A DNA stretch of 64,000 nucleotides, from the NCBI RefSeq assembly GCF_006345805.1, contig NC_043006.1, forward strand, positions 48,670,001-48,734,000, given 5' to 3'. Shown here piece after piece: positions 1-14,049 of the stretch. The position numbers and the translations under genes were made by a program. Numbering within the stretch: position 1 is the first letter of the stretch; every line of letters begins with the position of its first letter. The stretch comes from Octopus sinensis (Eukaryota). The notes beneath the pieces were generated by a model. That model saw only the letters and a list, made by a program, of their open reading frames with translations. It did no database searches and had not been told where the DNA came from.

Positions 1-378
1 AGCTGTCATTGTCATCATTTAGTATCCATGTTTGGGTGTCTCTTAAAAAACACCCATTGCCATACCACATAAAAAAAAAACACCAATATCTCTGTAAGAT
101 GGTTTGCATTAGGAAGTGCATCAAGACATAGAAACCATTCCAAAACAGACAATTGGAGCCTAACGCAACTCACTGGTTGCAAGGATTTGAGAGGTTTTTC
201 CAAGATTTGGTTTTCTTCCTTCCTCACCCTATTTAGTAATCATATTGACTGAAAATAATTGCCATTCACTTTGTACTAAGTTAACTATTTTTAACTATAG
301 CAATCACACATTGTTGTTAGCTATACATACATACATACATATATACAAAGAAACAGACATAGTTGTTCATTTGAATCT

Positions 379-423
<45 letters not shown>

Positions 424-781
424 GCACACACATATATGTATGTGTGCATTTTTCTTTTTATATATACATATATTTTTTTTTTTACATACACACTCAGATA
501 TGCGCGTACTCACAAAGTCAGGCCCTTCAGTTTGAGGTGAACCGATGATGAAATAAAGTTTGTCAAGCTGGAAATATCCTAAATGTCAAGTGGATTGTTG
601 TTGAGGAGGTGACTGAAAGACAATGGAGAAGAAGTCTTATGCTTGCGGGGAGGGGGAGCAGGGGGGGGGCTGCTGGTGCTTTGGATGGTGTTTGACATTC
701 AAAACAACTGATCGTGGCTGTACTTTTTTTACCTGCTTTTAATCAACTGGAAGAGATTCCTTTACAAGACTGTCTGCGGTG

Positions 782-1262
782 TATGTGTATTTGTGTGTGT
801 GTTTGTGTTTGTGGGACACTGTACATGTGTGTGTGTGTGTTTGTGCATGAAACTGTACATTGTGTGCACGTGTGTGTATGTTCTGGGCCCCTGTGTATAT
901 GAATGTGTGTGTGTGTATACCTGTGTAATCAGAAGTTTTTGCTTAGATCGCGTGTTATTTTTATGTGTGTGCATATGTGCGTGTGTGAGGAAATGTGCGT
1001 GTGTGTGTGTGTCTATGTTATGTATGTAAGCATATATATGTGTGAATGGATGTATGTGTGTATGTATGAGTGTATAGGCATGTGCATATGTGTGTGTATA
1101 TGTATATTTGTGCATATGTGTGTGTATATGTATATATGTGTGTGTATATGTATATATGTGTGTGTGTGTATATATGTATGTACATATATACATACACATA
1201 CATACATGAATGTGTATGTACTTTCATGTGTCTGTGTGTGTATGTGTGTGTGTGTGTGTGTG
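782..1262. repeat. Compound (TG)n/(TA)n microsatellite field
   Basis: Directly visible; generates the spurious CVCV and HTHT ORFs. Confidence 0.95.
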
Positions 1263-2863
1263 TGTAGTTTCGGTGTCCATATCATAGATTGGCAGAGACA
1301 AACGCACACAGACAAACACAGTCATCACCATCATCATCATCATCAATGTTTCATGCTAGCATGGGTTGGACTACTAGCACGAGTTGTGTGGTGTGGTGTG
1401 TGTGTGTGTTTGTGTGCGTGCGCGTATTGAAGCTGCAAAATTATCACAAGACTGTTACTCAGTTTCACGTTTCCGTTCATCAGACACTTGTGTATACACA
1501 CACACACACACACACATACTTTAATACATACACATGCATACACACACACACAGGGACAATTCTTATGATACAGAGTCTTTTTAATCCTCATCATCTTATG
1601 TTATTACTGAGAGCAGCAAACAAAAGGATGTCAGGTTCTGCACTCCTGTTTAAGCATTTCATCAGCAAACATACTGTATGTACTGCTTAACCCATAATAA
1701 TAACTTTGGTGGGGGGGGGAGCAATTTTTCTATCACCATCATGGTAAATCTGGTCTTTCTGCTGCACCCTGTATACATGGGGCAGGGAAAATGGGGGGGG
1801 GTCTCTAATGAGCTTTGCTCGGTGGTTAAGAAAACAAAATGTTCATAATTGTCCAAATATGTATCCATTCACAAGGCTTTGGTTGGCCCGAGGCTTTAGT
1901 AGAAGACACTTGCCCAAGGTGCCACATAGTGGGACTGAACCTGGAACCATGTGGTTCGTAAGCAAGCTACTTACCACACTGCCATTCCTGCGCCTAGCTA
2001 CTTACCATACAGCCACTCCTGTGCCTATATATATATAGTATACATAATTCTTCTAACTGTCCTACAGAGTCAAGAAAGTCTTTGACAGTAATTTCGCTCA
2101 AATATAGCATGCTCTAAAAAAAAGATTTTTGATAATAAATTAAAGAAAAAAAACTTTAGGCACTAATGAGTTAAACACATCCTGGAAGACCAGTTTGTGC
2201 TTTTCTCTTTTCGAACTGTGAATTTGTATTGAAGGTTTTTACTAAGTTCAAATGGGTCCAGTGGTTCTCGCACTTATTTCTAATGAGGGTCAAAGTATAA
2301 AGATGTCAAATGAGTGCGGCAGGTGTTGAGACCAAGGGTCATGGTATGTGTAAAACATAGACCGTGGTGGTGGGTGGGGATTGCAAAACTGGCACGATGA
2401 GGGCGGTGATACTGATGGCGATGATGATTGTCACTACATCATCATTGTTACTGCCACTGCACTATTTTCAATATTACCATCACTACTTCACCGCAATCAT
2501 CATTCTTACCTCTGTTCTTTCATTTCCATTTTCCTCTTTCAGTACTGATTTTTACATTTACTTTCTCGTATTCCTTTCCCCCGTTTCATTTCTCTCCTTC
2601 CACATTCACCCATGCAACATTCCTTGCTAAAGTGCTTTCCTTTCCCCACCGCCACCTCCACCGCTGCCATCACCAGCATCACTACTAGAAGAGCTGCCTC
2701 TGCTCCCACCCCGCTTCCAAACGTCTTTATGCCAGGAGCAGTAGTTACATCATCATGACAAAGATGTTGACAATTGTATAGATTTGCATACCTCAATGTC
2801 TGTCTCTTTGATGCAGACACCACTGCTCCACTGTGCTGGATAGATAGAAACACACACACACAT

Positions 2864-2918
<55 letters not shown>

Positions 2919-3690
2919 CATGCATACACATTCACTGTTTACCAGACACGTATAAACCCACTGTAGGTAGTAGACAGGCACATACACATGCACCAACATG
3001 CATACACATTCACTGTTTACCAGACGTATATAAACCCACCGTAGATTGACAGGCAGACGCACACACACACACATGTATACACACAGATCAGACATACAGA
3101 CAGGCTGGCATAAGAAGATGCAGGAATCGGTACATGATACAGCTGGCAATCATACCTTTATAGACCCGTAAAGAACGATAGACATATAAGGGAGACTGAC
3201 AGACGGATATTGTATCACTGGGTGTATATAGACAGGTTTGTATAGACAAGTAAAAGTATATTGGCTCTTCCTTCATTGTGTGTATGTGTCTCTATGTATG
3301 TATTTATTCCCCACCACGGCCGGTGTTGGTGTGTTTACATCCTCATAACTTAGCAGTTCAGCATACACATGCATCCATAAATTAATCTTCAGACAGAATC
3401 AGTGACTTTCATAGGCGCAAACCATCTATCTGATGGGCTTCTGCACAATTTCCATTCACTGAAATTCAACACACAAGGCTTGGTTTTATTGGGGTGCTGT
3501 GGTGTAGGGCACTTGCATAAGATGCCAAGGAGTGAGATTGAACCCAGGACTTTACTATTGCTAGTGAACAGTCTCCTAACTATTTAGCCATGTCGCACCC
3601 CCAGCCCCATTATATATATCTGTGTGCGTGTGTTTGTGTGCATGTGTGTGTCCCAGCATAGCCACAGCCTCAAGGCTGAAGCATGTAAAA

Positions 3691-3721
<31 letters not shown>

Positions 3722-4369
3722 CTCACACACACACACACATGCACACATATGAGAGCTAATTATATTAGGCAAGGGATTTGAAATTCTCATAGCCTCCGAT
3801 TACACTGAATTAGATTGTAAATAATTAACAGTGTGTATGTTCAGACTCACATACACATAATTATCATTTAAAGTTAATTTAATTGGGAGTTATTAAAATT
3901 TCAAACCCCTGAGTGGCATAAATACATTTGTGTGTGTGTGTGTGTAATACATATACATGCACACATATGTATGTATATCCATATATATATGTGTTTGTCA
4001 TAAGTATTGTGTCAATACTCTACAATTCCTGTTAATGTGAAATTTCCATTTCTTCTGTTTGAAGATATTGACAATGGAATGGACCTGCATAGAGTTGCAT
4101 CTTTCTGCACTAACACACACATACACATACATGCAAGCACATACATGATGGGCTTCTTTCAGTTTCCATCTACCAAATCCACTCACAAGGCTTTGGTTTC
4201 CCCAATACTATAATAGAAGACACTTACTGGAAATGCCATGCAGTGGGAATGAACCCAGAACCATGTAGTTGAAAAGCAAACACCTTACCACACAACTATG
4301 CCTAGATATATAAACTAAATATTTATATAAACTCTGTGTCTTTATCTGTCTATTATGCTAGATATCGTG

Positions 4370-4635
4370 CCACCTGACTGGCTCCCGTGCCAGTGGCATG
4401 TAAAAAATACTATTCAAGTGTGGTCGACGCCAGCACCACCTGACTGGCCATCGTGCTGGTGGGACATAAAAAGCACTCACTAAAATCTCAGAACGGTTAG
4501 TGTTAGGAAGGGCATCTGGCTGTAGAAACTCTGCCAGATCAGATTAGAGCCTGGTGCAGCCTTCTGACTTGCCAGTGCTCAGTCGAACTGTCCAACCCAT
4601 GCCAGCATGGAAAGTGGACAGCAAATGATGATATG
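4370..4635 (+). mobile_element. SINE family C (ttaggaagggcatccagctgtagaaac core, ccaacccatgctagcatggaaa..(GAT)n tail)
   Basis: Further copies at about 15085-15380 (-), 28640-28960 (-), 30380-30610 (+), 32260-32520 (-), 47700-47895 (+) and 51740-51970 (+). Confidence 0.75.
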
Positions 4636-4856
4636 TATGTATGTATGTATATATATATATATATATATTTATTAAATTTTATGTATTGATTAAGTCTTTC
4701 CTTGTTTGTTTTGCAAAATAGTGGTTTGTCTCAAATAATATTTATAATATTTTACTATAAAATGATTTAATCCTAAATCTGATTTTTTTTTCCCTGTAAA
4801 TTTGGATATATTCCCTAATATTTATTATTTATATATATATATATATATATATATCG

Positions 4857-5212
4857 TGGCACTCCGTCTGTTACGACATCGAGGGTTCCAGTTGATCCAA
4901 TCAACGGAACAACCTGCTCATGAAATCAACGTGCAAGTGGCTGGCTGAGCACTCCAAGACACATTGTACCCTTAACATAGTTCTCAGGGAGATTGAGCAT
5001 GACACAGAGTGTGAGAAGGCTGGCCCTTTGAAATACTAGTACAACAGAAACAGGAAGAAAGAGTGAGAGAAAGTTGTGGTGAAAGAGTACAGCAAGGCTC
5101 GCCACCCCACCCCCACTGCTGGAGCCTCGTGGAACTTTAGGACACTTCACAACCTCCTGGTCTGGGAATCGAAACCGCAAGTCCGCTACCCTAACCACTG
5201 GGCCATTGCGAT
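4857..5212 (-). mobile_element. SINE family F (tRNA-like head at right end, gtggcactccgtc end at left)
   Basis: Colinear with 13390-13766; related to 33727-34038 (+), 6650-6880 and 29020-29250. Confidence 0.75.
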
Positions 5213-6349
5213 TCACATATATATACATATATATATATATGTATATATCCATCCTTCTCTCTACCAAGTGATTTCTTTCTTGCTTACTCCCTAGTCTCTC
5301 TCTCTCTCTCTCTCTCTCTCTCATGTATTTAACACATCCGTCAATGTCTTGTTATCTCCACTATCTTTGCAGTTTAATATAATATTGCAGCTGTAATGGA
5401 AGCGAAACACAACAAAAAGACTTTATGCTAAACTGTGAGTGCAGTCTCTGCAGTCTCATCAGAGATGCATGTTCTCTTGATTAATTACAGTGATGCCAGC
5501 CAGCTTAGACTTGTGCATTAAACCTGTTCTGAGAACAGAGCTGGTTGTGAATAGAGAGAGAGAGAGAGGGGGAACGACATATAAGCATATAACCATTTGC
5601 TAGCGTCTTTTATGTCAACTCCAGGTTGGCACAGGGTGGGGTTTTGTTATGAGGGCGAAGGTAGAGAAGTGTACAGGGGCAAGGTACAGTGGAGTATGTA
5701 CTTTTCTGTGTGTGTGTGTTTGTGTTTTTGTTGGAGGATGTCTTTGGGAACCAAACAGCTGTAGTAGAAAGCTAAATTACTGCTGTAATTAGTGAAGTTA
5801 GTGTCAGCATACTTAATGCAGTGAGCATAAAAAATTTAATTAGAAAGCAAGCCAAAGACAGCATTAACTCGTTGCCTAAAATGACTTTCGTTTTAATCAC
5901 TCCCTTTTACTTGTTTCGGTTATTTGACTGTGACGATGCTGGAGCACCGCCTTTGTGAGCCTAGTACTTATTCTATCGGTCTCTTTTTGCCGAACTGCTA
6001 AGTTACGGGGACGTAAACACACCAGCATCGGTTGTCAAACGATGTTGGGGAGAGGACAAACATAGATACACAAACATACACACACACACACATATATATG
6101 TATAAAGCTTGGAGAGTGTTTGTGGACAGATGAGTGGATTTGATGTTGCTCAAAGGGGTGCAGAACCAGCATATGTTGTCAGGCCCCGCTGCTGATATTA
6201 GGGGTTGCGTTCTATGCCTTGACCCGAGCATAGAATGGGGCTTGCCTCTTTGAGCTGAGAAATGAATGGAATGTTTGGTGTGTGTCTTGTTGTGACTACC
6301 CCCTCCTGAAAAAATGGGGAATGGGCCCCTTCCCACCCGGTAAATAAAA

Positions 6350-6387
<38 letters not shown>

Positions 6388-7457
6388 ACAGAAACCAGGA
6401 AACAAACCCTATGCTCCTTCTGGAGTAATACGAACTAACCATTTTTCTTTAATATTTAGCTTCAGAGCTACATAAATGATTTGAGGTACCAAAGTTTTGT
6501 GTCACATGTACAAACTCTTACTACACATGTGCTCGTGCTCACACACAGCTAGTTATTTAGCAAGGGGAACATCCTTGACAAACCAAAATGGTACTGTTTG
6601 AACAGTTTCTCTTTACATTCATCATCAAGTGTTGTAAGTAAAAGTGAAGTTACCTTCTCAAGCCATGCCAACTCATAAGGGCCAGTTTCCCAGTTTCCCC
6701 ACCTGGATGGAACACTGATCCGTCACAAGATTACTCATTTTTGCCACCTGAGTGGCCTGGAGCAACAGGAAATGAAATATTTTGCGCAAGAACACAACAC
6801 ATCGCCCGGCCCAAGAATCGAAACCACAGTCTTACGATCACAAGTCCAACACCCTAACCACTAAGCCATGTGGTTCCACTAGTGTTGATTACTAAACCAG
6901 AAGTGAACTAACTAAACCTTAACAGTAAACTAGAAATTATGAACAGCACTAGTGACCCAGTATTGAACTAAAACGACTATATTAAGCTAAAACAGCTGTA
7001 GTAAAAAACATTAATTTGATTCAATAACGTCTTCAAGATGGTGTCTCTGCTATTTGTATCTGTCAACATTATGTCCCAAAAATATATTTAATTAGAACAT
7101 TTTTATCTATTTAGCACAGATTGTAATTTTGCAGCGACCATATTAACTGTGGGTGGGTAGGTGAGTGGAAGGCTTTCAGGATACTGCTGTTTGTTCTTGT
7201 TGTTGTAATTGTTGTCGGTGGTTGAGTGCTGCTTGTTCTACTCCATGTTCTTATGCTGTAATCATTCTCTCTGTTTATTGTACATCTAAACAGTGATGAT
7301 CAAAAATTGTGCAGCAATGATTTTCATCAAAATAGCTATCTAGTAATTTCTTTTCTTTTTGCTTTCTGTTTATCTCACCTCTGCCTATCTACCTGTTTAC
7401 CTGCCTCACCTTCTCCATCAGGTTCTCTCTCCCTCTCTCTCTTTCCCTATATGTATA

Positions 7458-7830
7458 TCTATAAAATAAAATCCGTTCTGTCTGTCTGTGTGTGTGTGTC
7501 TTCTAGGATCTCGGGCATCCTCCATCTGATTGCGCTCAAATTTGATGTGTAGATACAGACGGTATCAGGGTGTGTATAAATCTTGAAAAAATTACAAAAA
7601 TCGATTCCAGGTGAGAATGCGATCGATAAAGTGAATAAAATCGTTTTTCTTTGGAATAGAAAAAAAGTCTATCTTTATTTCTTCTTTTGCTGGTGTCTCA
7701 AATTTAAGTTAAATAAGTGTTCCTCAAAGGGGAGGCCTATGGGACAGTCGGACAAGTTATTTTGAGAAAATTTGGTTTAAATGTTTGACAACTCAGCACC
7801 GTCCATTGGAGGGGGGGGGCGTTTTGCTCG
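7458..7830 (+). mobile_element. Probable non-autonomous Helitron-like element
   Basis: A|TCtataaaataaaatccgttctgtctgtc start; G-rich subterminal segment; ends CTCG|T (a variant of CTAG|T). Confidence 0.45.
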
Positions 7831-8157
7831 TGTATATACACGCACACATACCTACTCTTCTTTCCTCTTTTCCTGGGCATTTTCCTTTTTGTTATTGCTA
7901 TTTTTAATGTTCACTTGTTCAAGTTTCAATATTCAATTTGACCATACATATATATTACAAAGATGTACTTGCATAGCAAGTGACCTGATCTGAGATCGTG
8001 TGCTGGAATGAAAGCAATTGCAGTGTGGAAGGTGTTTATAAGCCATTTAAGAAACACACAAAAACCGTTAGATTCACTTCAACATTTAGATTTAATTTGC
8101 CAAAATATTTTCATTGCTTTGAGACCGCGACCTGTTCACTGACAAAATTCCATTTAC

Positions 8158-8210
<53 letters not shown>

Positions 8211-9910
8211 TGAGTAGACAAATGAAAGAAGGGCACTCAACACATTTATTGGGAATTACATATACGGATCAGAACAGTTTCATTCAAACTGCAACACGCT
8301 TGAAACTCAGAGTTTCCAAGGAGTTTGACTCTATATATAAACTAGACTTCTACATTTGTATGTATACATATATGTGTGTGTGTGTGTTCGTATATGTATG
8401 TGTATGTAAATATATGAACGTACAGAGAGAGAGAGAGAGAGCTGTGGCTGTGTGGTTGAGAAGCTTGCATCCCAACTGTGGGGTCTTGGGTTCAGTTTCA
8501 TTGCACAGCACTTTGGACATGTGTCTTCTTCTATAGTCTTGGGCTAACCAAAGGCTTCCGAGTGGATTTGGTTATGAAAACTGAAAGAAGCCTGTTGCAC
8601 ACGCACGTGTGTGTGTTTGCGTGATTATGTATACCCTTGTCTGGATATCGTGATGGTTGAAAATTGAGCATCTTCATCATCATCATCATACAAGCAAGGT
8701 TTTTCATTTCCTGTCTTCCGTGCAAAAACATTGCCTTGCTTGGAAACAGGTAAAAGTTGGCAACAGGAAGAGTACCCTGCCTTAGAAATCTAAATCTACC
8801 TCAACAAATTCAGTCTGGTTCATGGAAGCATGTAACAGTATACATACTACTACATATTTTTAGCTATCCTTCCCTTCCTGTCCTTTATAATTCATTAAGG
8901 AGACACGAGAGTTAAACTTTAAGGTTTGCCCTTTCAATGAAGTACTGTTATTGATTTAAGTTATTGTACCTGCGCATATTGATACACATATAGATACACA
9001 CACACACACACACAAATACTCACACACATCGTGTCATTTTGTATGTAGTCCTGTATTTATGTATGCATGTATCAACGTATATATTGTTTTGTGTAATGGA
9101 GGAGGAGGTATTTTTAGTTCAATTTTGTGTATATTCATATATGCATTGATTTGCGTATATGAATGTATACACACCTATTGTATTAATATATGAGTATGTG
9201 CGTGTGTGTGTGTGTGCCTACACTCTGAATGGTGGTGGTGTGACTCTTAGAAGACCAGTCCAACTGAGATGTATTCATATCCCAATTCTTCCCTGCTTAA
9301 CAATAATAATAATAATAATGATGATAATAATAATGATAATAATAATAGGTGCTTCTACCAACTTGACATTTCTAGTGAACCATGATCTGTGGCATCTTTG
9401 GCACGATGCCGCTGGAACTGAACTGTAAATGTCACAGATCATTGCTTCACTGGATTTTCTCTAATATAATTCAATTTCCTATATAGTTTGATGTTTTTCC
9501 GACTGTCTTCTGTAGGTCATATATTTCATCACATCTTATAAGACACTAGAATTAGCAGACCCCCAACTGACCACCCACTAGCTGTGAAGTATTTTGTAGT
9601 TGACTAATTGATAATGTAAAGGACTTCAGAAATATTGATAATTGTAAAAAAAAAAAAAATCAGTTATATAAAATTAAATTTAAGAAGGAAAAAAAAATGT
9701 AAGAAAGAAAATTTAATGTGCCATTTTGAAAAGAGAATTCTAGTATTTTACAAAGGGTTTCCCTCACAACACACTAACATTGTCCCTTCTTTCCTCCCCC
9801 TCTTTCTCCAGCACTCTCCCTAAGAGTATTGTTATTGAATATCCATCATTATCATCATCATTATTAAGCTTTCACATTTGTTATTATTGAGTATTCATTA
9901 TCATTATTAA

Positions 9911-10368
9911 AGTGATGAGCTGGCAAAGTCGTTAGCATGCCAGACAAAAAATGCGTAGCAGCATTATTTCTTCCCGCTTTACTTTTCGAGTTAACCCTTT
10001 TGTTACTGTATTTATTTTGAGACGCTCTGTGTTTCTTTTAGTTACTTTAGATATAACAAAGAATTCAGTAAAATAACTTAGTTATCATTCAGCTAGTGTT
10101 AGGAATGTAAATTGTGACTAAGGTTTGGTGGTGGATTTTAATTCAAAACTTATGAAAACAAGACATTTGTACTCAGAGCCAGAGCTGGTTTCAGCCGGGT
10201 TGGTAACGAAAGGGTTAAAATTCCACCAAGGTCTACTTCGACTTACATCCTTTGAGGGTCACCTGGCCTACGAAAATAAATACTAGTTGAATGCTGGAAC
10301 TGATGTAATCAAGTAGCCACCCCATTTCCAAAATTTCAGGCCTTGTGGCTATAATAGACAGAATTATT
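9911..10368 (+). mobile_element. SINE family B (gagctggcagaa..ttagca head, ..gattatt tail) interrupted by a TTAA MITE
   Basis: Matches copies at 44645 and 53790-55470; its B-box region gagttcaaattcc is split by the insertion. Confidence 0.75.
9991..10218. mobile_element. piggyBac-like MITE (family D): TTAA TSD, CCCTTT..GTTAC / GTAAC..AAAGGG termini
   Basis: TTAA at 9991-9994 and 10215-10218; a second full copy in opposite orientation at 31080-31309. Confidence 0.85.
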
Positions 10369-10479
10369 GAGTAAGTATTAGCTATCATTGCTTCAACATC
10401 TTTTTTACCCATGCATCATATTCATCTATCTTTTCATGCTGGTATATCCATGGAGGATTATTGTCAGCCATCATAACAT

Positions 10480-10875
10480 CAGGAGTAGCTATGTGGTAAG
10501 TAGCTTGCTTACAAAGCTCACGGTTCCGGGTTCATTCCCACTGCATGGCACCTTGAGCAAGTGTCTTCTACTATAGCCTCAGGCTGACCAAAGCTTTGTG
10601 AGAGGATTTGGTAGATGGAAACTGAAAGAAGCCCATCGTATCTATGTATATAAATATGTATGGGTGTATATGTTTGTGTGCCTGTGTTTGTCCCCCCCAA
10701 CATCGCTTGAGAACCGATGCTGGTGTGATTACGTCCCCATAACTTAGCAGTTCATCAAAAGAGACCAATAGAATAAGTACTAGGCTTCCAAAGAATAAGT
10801 CTTGGGGTTGATTTGCTCGACTAAAGGTGGTGCTCCAGCATGGCTGCAGTCAAATGACTGAAACAAGTAAAAGAG
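10480..10875 (+). mobile_element. SINE family A (tRNA-like head, ccttgggcaagt core, internal TA/TG microsatellite, aaaagagt tail)
   Basis: A/B-box-like head (tggctgtgtgg, ggttcagtcc type); shared with many other copies in the window. Resembles the tRNA-derived SINEs described from Octopus; exact family name not assigned. Confidence 0.8.
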
Positions 10876-13325
10876 TTACTGTTGAGACTCTGGAGTTCGC
10901 CCACCTAAACGAGCATTCATGATAAACTCCAAATATGGAACAGAAATAACAGCAACACTACATGAGAACCTGACGGGAAAGAAGAAGTACATTGGGTTAT
11001 GTGAAGGCAATTTCAAAAGATGCTATGCCAACCAGCTTTCTTCTTTCTGGTACATGGACAAAAGTAAAACCACTAAGCTTTGCTAGCCACATATGGGGCT
11101 TGAAGACCAACTCCATGCCACATACAGTCAAGTGGAAAATGGAAAAAATCCATGGCATATGTTCAGAGATGCAAGAAATGTGAGTTATGTATAGCTGAAT
11201 GATTGCATATCCGTTTTAAATGCAAGAATTCCACCACACTACTGAATTCCAGATGTGAAATTTTCAGCAAATGCAAATATGTAGACAAATTTCTATTGAC
11301 AAATTGGAGTACACCACCCTATCTGGATTAAGGAGTTGTATTACAGACTTTACATTTCTGTTCATTCTACACCAAATAGTTTTATGGCTTCATTGTCAAA
11401 AGGGACATAATTCTAATTCTCTTCTTTTTCCTCTCTTTTTCCGATTCTTTCACCTTTCCACATTTTGCATCCACTTTCCTCTTGTTCTTTTCTCATGGTT
11501 TCTTTTGCTCTATTGTCCTAATTTGCTACTTGTATAGACCATGTGCTCAGAGTTTGAGGATTGCTTGGAGACACTAGGCTTGTCATTAAAACGTGCCTAG
11601 AAACCTCTCCAGCATATGAAACTTATTAGTAGCTCATAATTATATACTATGTACATTAAACAATATATGTATATGACAGACTTCTGCATAGGCTCTGCCT
11701 ACCAAATTCCACTCATAAGGATTTGGTCAACCTGTGGTTCTAGTAGAAGACACTTGCCCATAAAGGTACTCACTGGAATTGAACTCAGAATACTGTAGTT
11801 ATGAAGCAAGCTTATGAACCACACAGACATTCTTGTATGTTTTTTTGTATCCTTAATAGTTTGGTGTTGAGAAATTGTGTCCTTGGCTTCTTTTTGCATC
11901 CTCAGAGGGCAGTGATATCCCAGAAGGATATTTAGTTTCAGTTAATAGTTTTGGATTATGTGATTGTATCCATTCTTAGTGATCCAAAAGCACTTACTCA
12001 CCAGCTAAAGAAAGAACTTGGTTATATTTTACATTCCTCGCTGCATAATTTCAAAAAGACTGGTCCACCATGGGATGCTTCTTTAACCTCTCTAACACTA
12101 TTTTTGGTTTATTAGAAATAGTAAAATAGAAACTTCTCACCCTTTTTCATCTTCCCTTTCTCCCTCCTCACAGACACACACAAAATTTATCTCTTTTTCT
12201 TTTCCATATTATTTTTCCATTCATTTTGTAACACTTCTACATTTTTCTCCTTTCTCATTCTCCATCCACTTCTCTCCACCACCACCAGCGCCACCACTGC
12301 ACTACTTATCCTCATCCTCAACCCATTTCTATTTTTTCCTCCTCCTCCTCCCATACCTTTCTCTTTCCTTACTCAGACACTTACCAGACACAACATGGTC
12401 TATCACTCATGTTGTTTCATTACCATTATTATATTTTTTCACTGCTCCATCACTGCTACCAACTTCATCTATCTTCTTCCCATGTATACACCAGGCACAA
12501 ATACAGCCAGCTCTTTAGCCACACATTTCCAAATACACACACACACACATGTATATATACAGAAAATTTATCTCCTCTAGGTTGTATGTATATCCCTTCT
12601 CTGTCCTTATACACATGTGCAATGGCATAAGGGTTGCAGATAAAATGTGTTTGTGCATGTATAGTAAGTATATATATCAAGATTGAGGCCCTCATGTAAT
12701 CTTAGATTTATTGCTGTAGTTCTTTGTTTTATCTCCAGCGTGTTTTTATCTTTATACAAAAATTAAACTTACTGATTAAATCCTCATTTTACATCTCACT
12801 AGCAGTTTTTTTTTTATTCTGAGATTATGATAAATAGGTATGCAGCCAGAGATTGTATTCACACACACACATATTGCTTAGTGGTTAGGGTGTTTGACTC
12901 CTGGTTGTAAGATTGTAGTTTCGATTCCCGGACCAGGCAATGCGTTGTGTTCTTAAGCAAAACACTTTGTTTCACGTTGCTCCAGTCCACTCAGCTGGTA
13001 AACATGGATAATGCTGCAAAAGACCAGTATCCTGTCCAGGAAAAAATATATATGCCAAAGAAACCAGGAAACTGGCCCCGTGCTCCTTACAGAGTAATGT
13101 GGACTGCCCCTACATTACTATATATAAAGTTAATCCAAACATGAAAACACAACAACACGAGGACGTGGAACAAGTATAGTGTTATTGGACAATCAGGAAA
13201 GGAAAGAAAGGAGGAGGATTTAACGTTTCGAGCAGAGCTCTTTGTCAGAAACATAGGAAAAGGAAAGATCCAAGGAAGGGAAGACGGAGGAAAAAAATCA
13301 CCAACGATACACACTCGGTTACATT

Positions 13326-13381
<56 letters not shown>

Positions 13382-13389
13382 TTATATTC

Positions 13390-13766
13390 GTGGCACTCCG
13401 TCGGTTACGACGACAAGGGTTCCAGTTTATCTGATCAACAGAACAGCCTGCTCGTGAAGTTACCGTTCAAGTGGTTGAGCACTTCACAGACACGTATAGC
13501 CTTAATGAAGTTCTCAGGGAGATTCAGCATGACACAGTGTGACAAGGCTGGCACCTTTGAAATACAGGTACAACAGAAACAGGAAGAAAGAGTGAGAGAA
13601 AGTTGTGGTGAAAGAATATAGCAGGGTTTTGCCACCAACCCCTGCCGAAGCCTCGTGGAGCTTTAGGTGTTTTCGCTCAGTAAACACAATGCCTAGTTTG
13701 GGAATCGAAACTGCGATCCTATGACCATTAGTCTGCTGCCATAACCACTGGGCCATTGTGCCTCCA
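13390..13766 (-). mobile_element. SINE family F, full-length
   Basis: On the minus strand it reads ggaggcacaatggcccagtggtt...tcgattccc (A/B-box-like head). Confidence 0.78.
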
Positions 13767-14004
13767 CATTATATATATAAATGATTTGTTGGGTCCGTTT
13801 TATTTTATACACAAGTTGAAGGGTCTGGTCTTCCAGCTTATTTGGGTACTTCACTGGTGTTGGTATATGTAAAATGCCACCCAGTAGAGTCTGCAAAGTG
13901 GTTGGCATTAGGAAGGGCATCCAGCCATAGAAACTACCCCAGTGCTGACATTAGAGCTTAACATAGTTCTCTGGCTTACCAACTCTCTCTTTCATCTCTC
14001 TCTT

Positions 14005-14049
<45 letters not shown>

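Noticed and set aside
762-1430. Long ORFs of CVCV / HTHT / YIYI type (also around 15588-16141, 40682-41178, 41671-42129, 43155-43869 and 45933-46223)
   Set aside because: Translations of dinucleotide microsatellites, open on both strands, with no domain features or splice context.
10900-11270. Possible RTE LINE relics here and at about 27480-27720
   Set aside because: Only faint motif resemblance (GYVKAISKDAMP; RRRKGG); too degraded to call without an HMM search.
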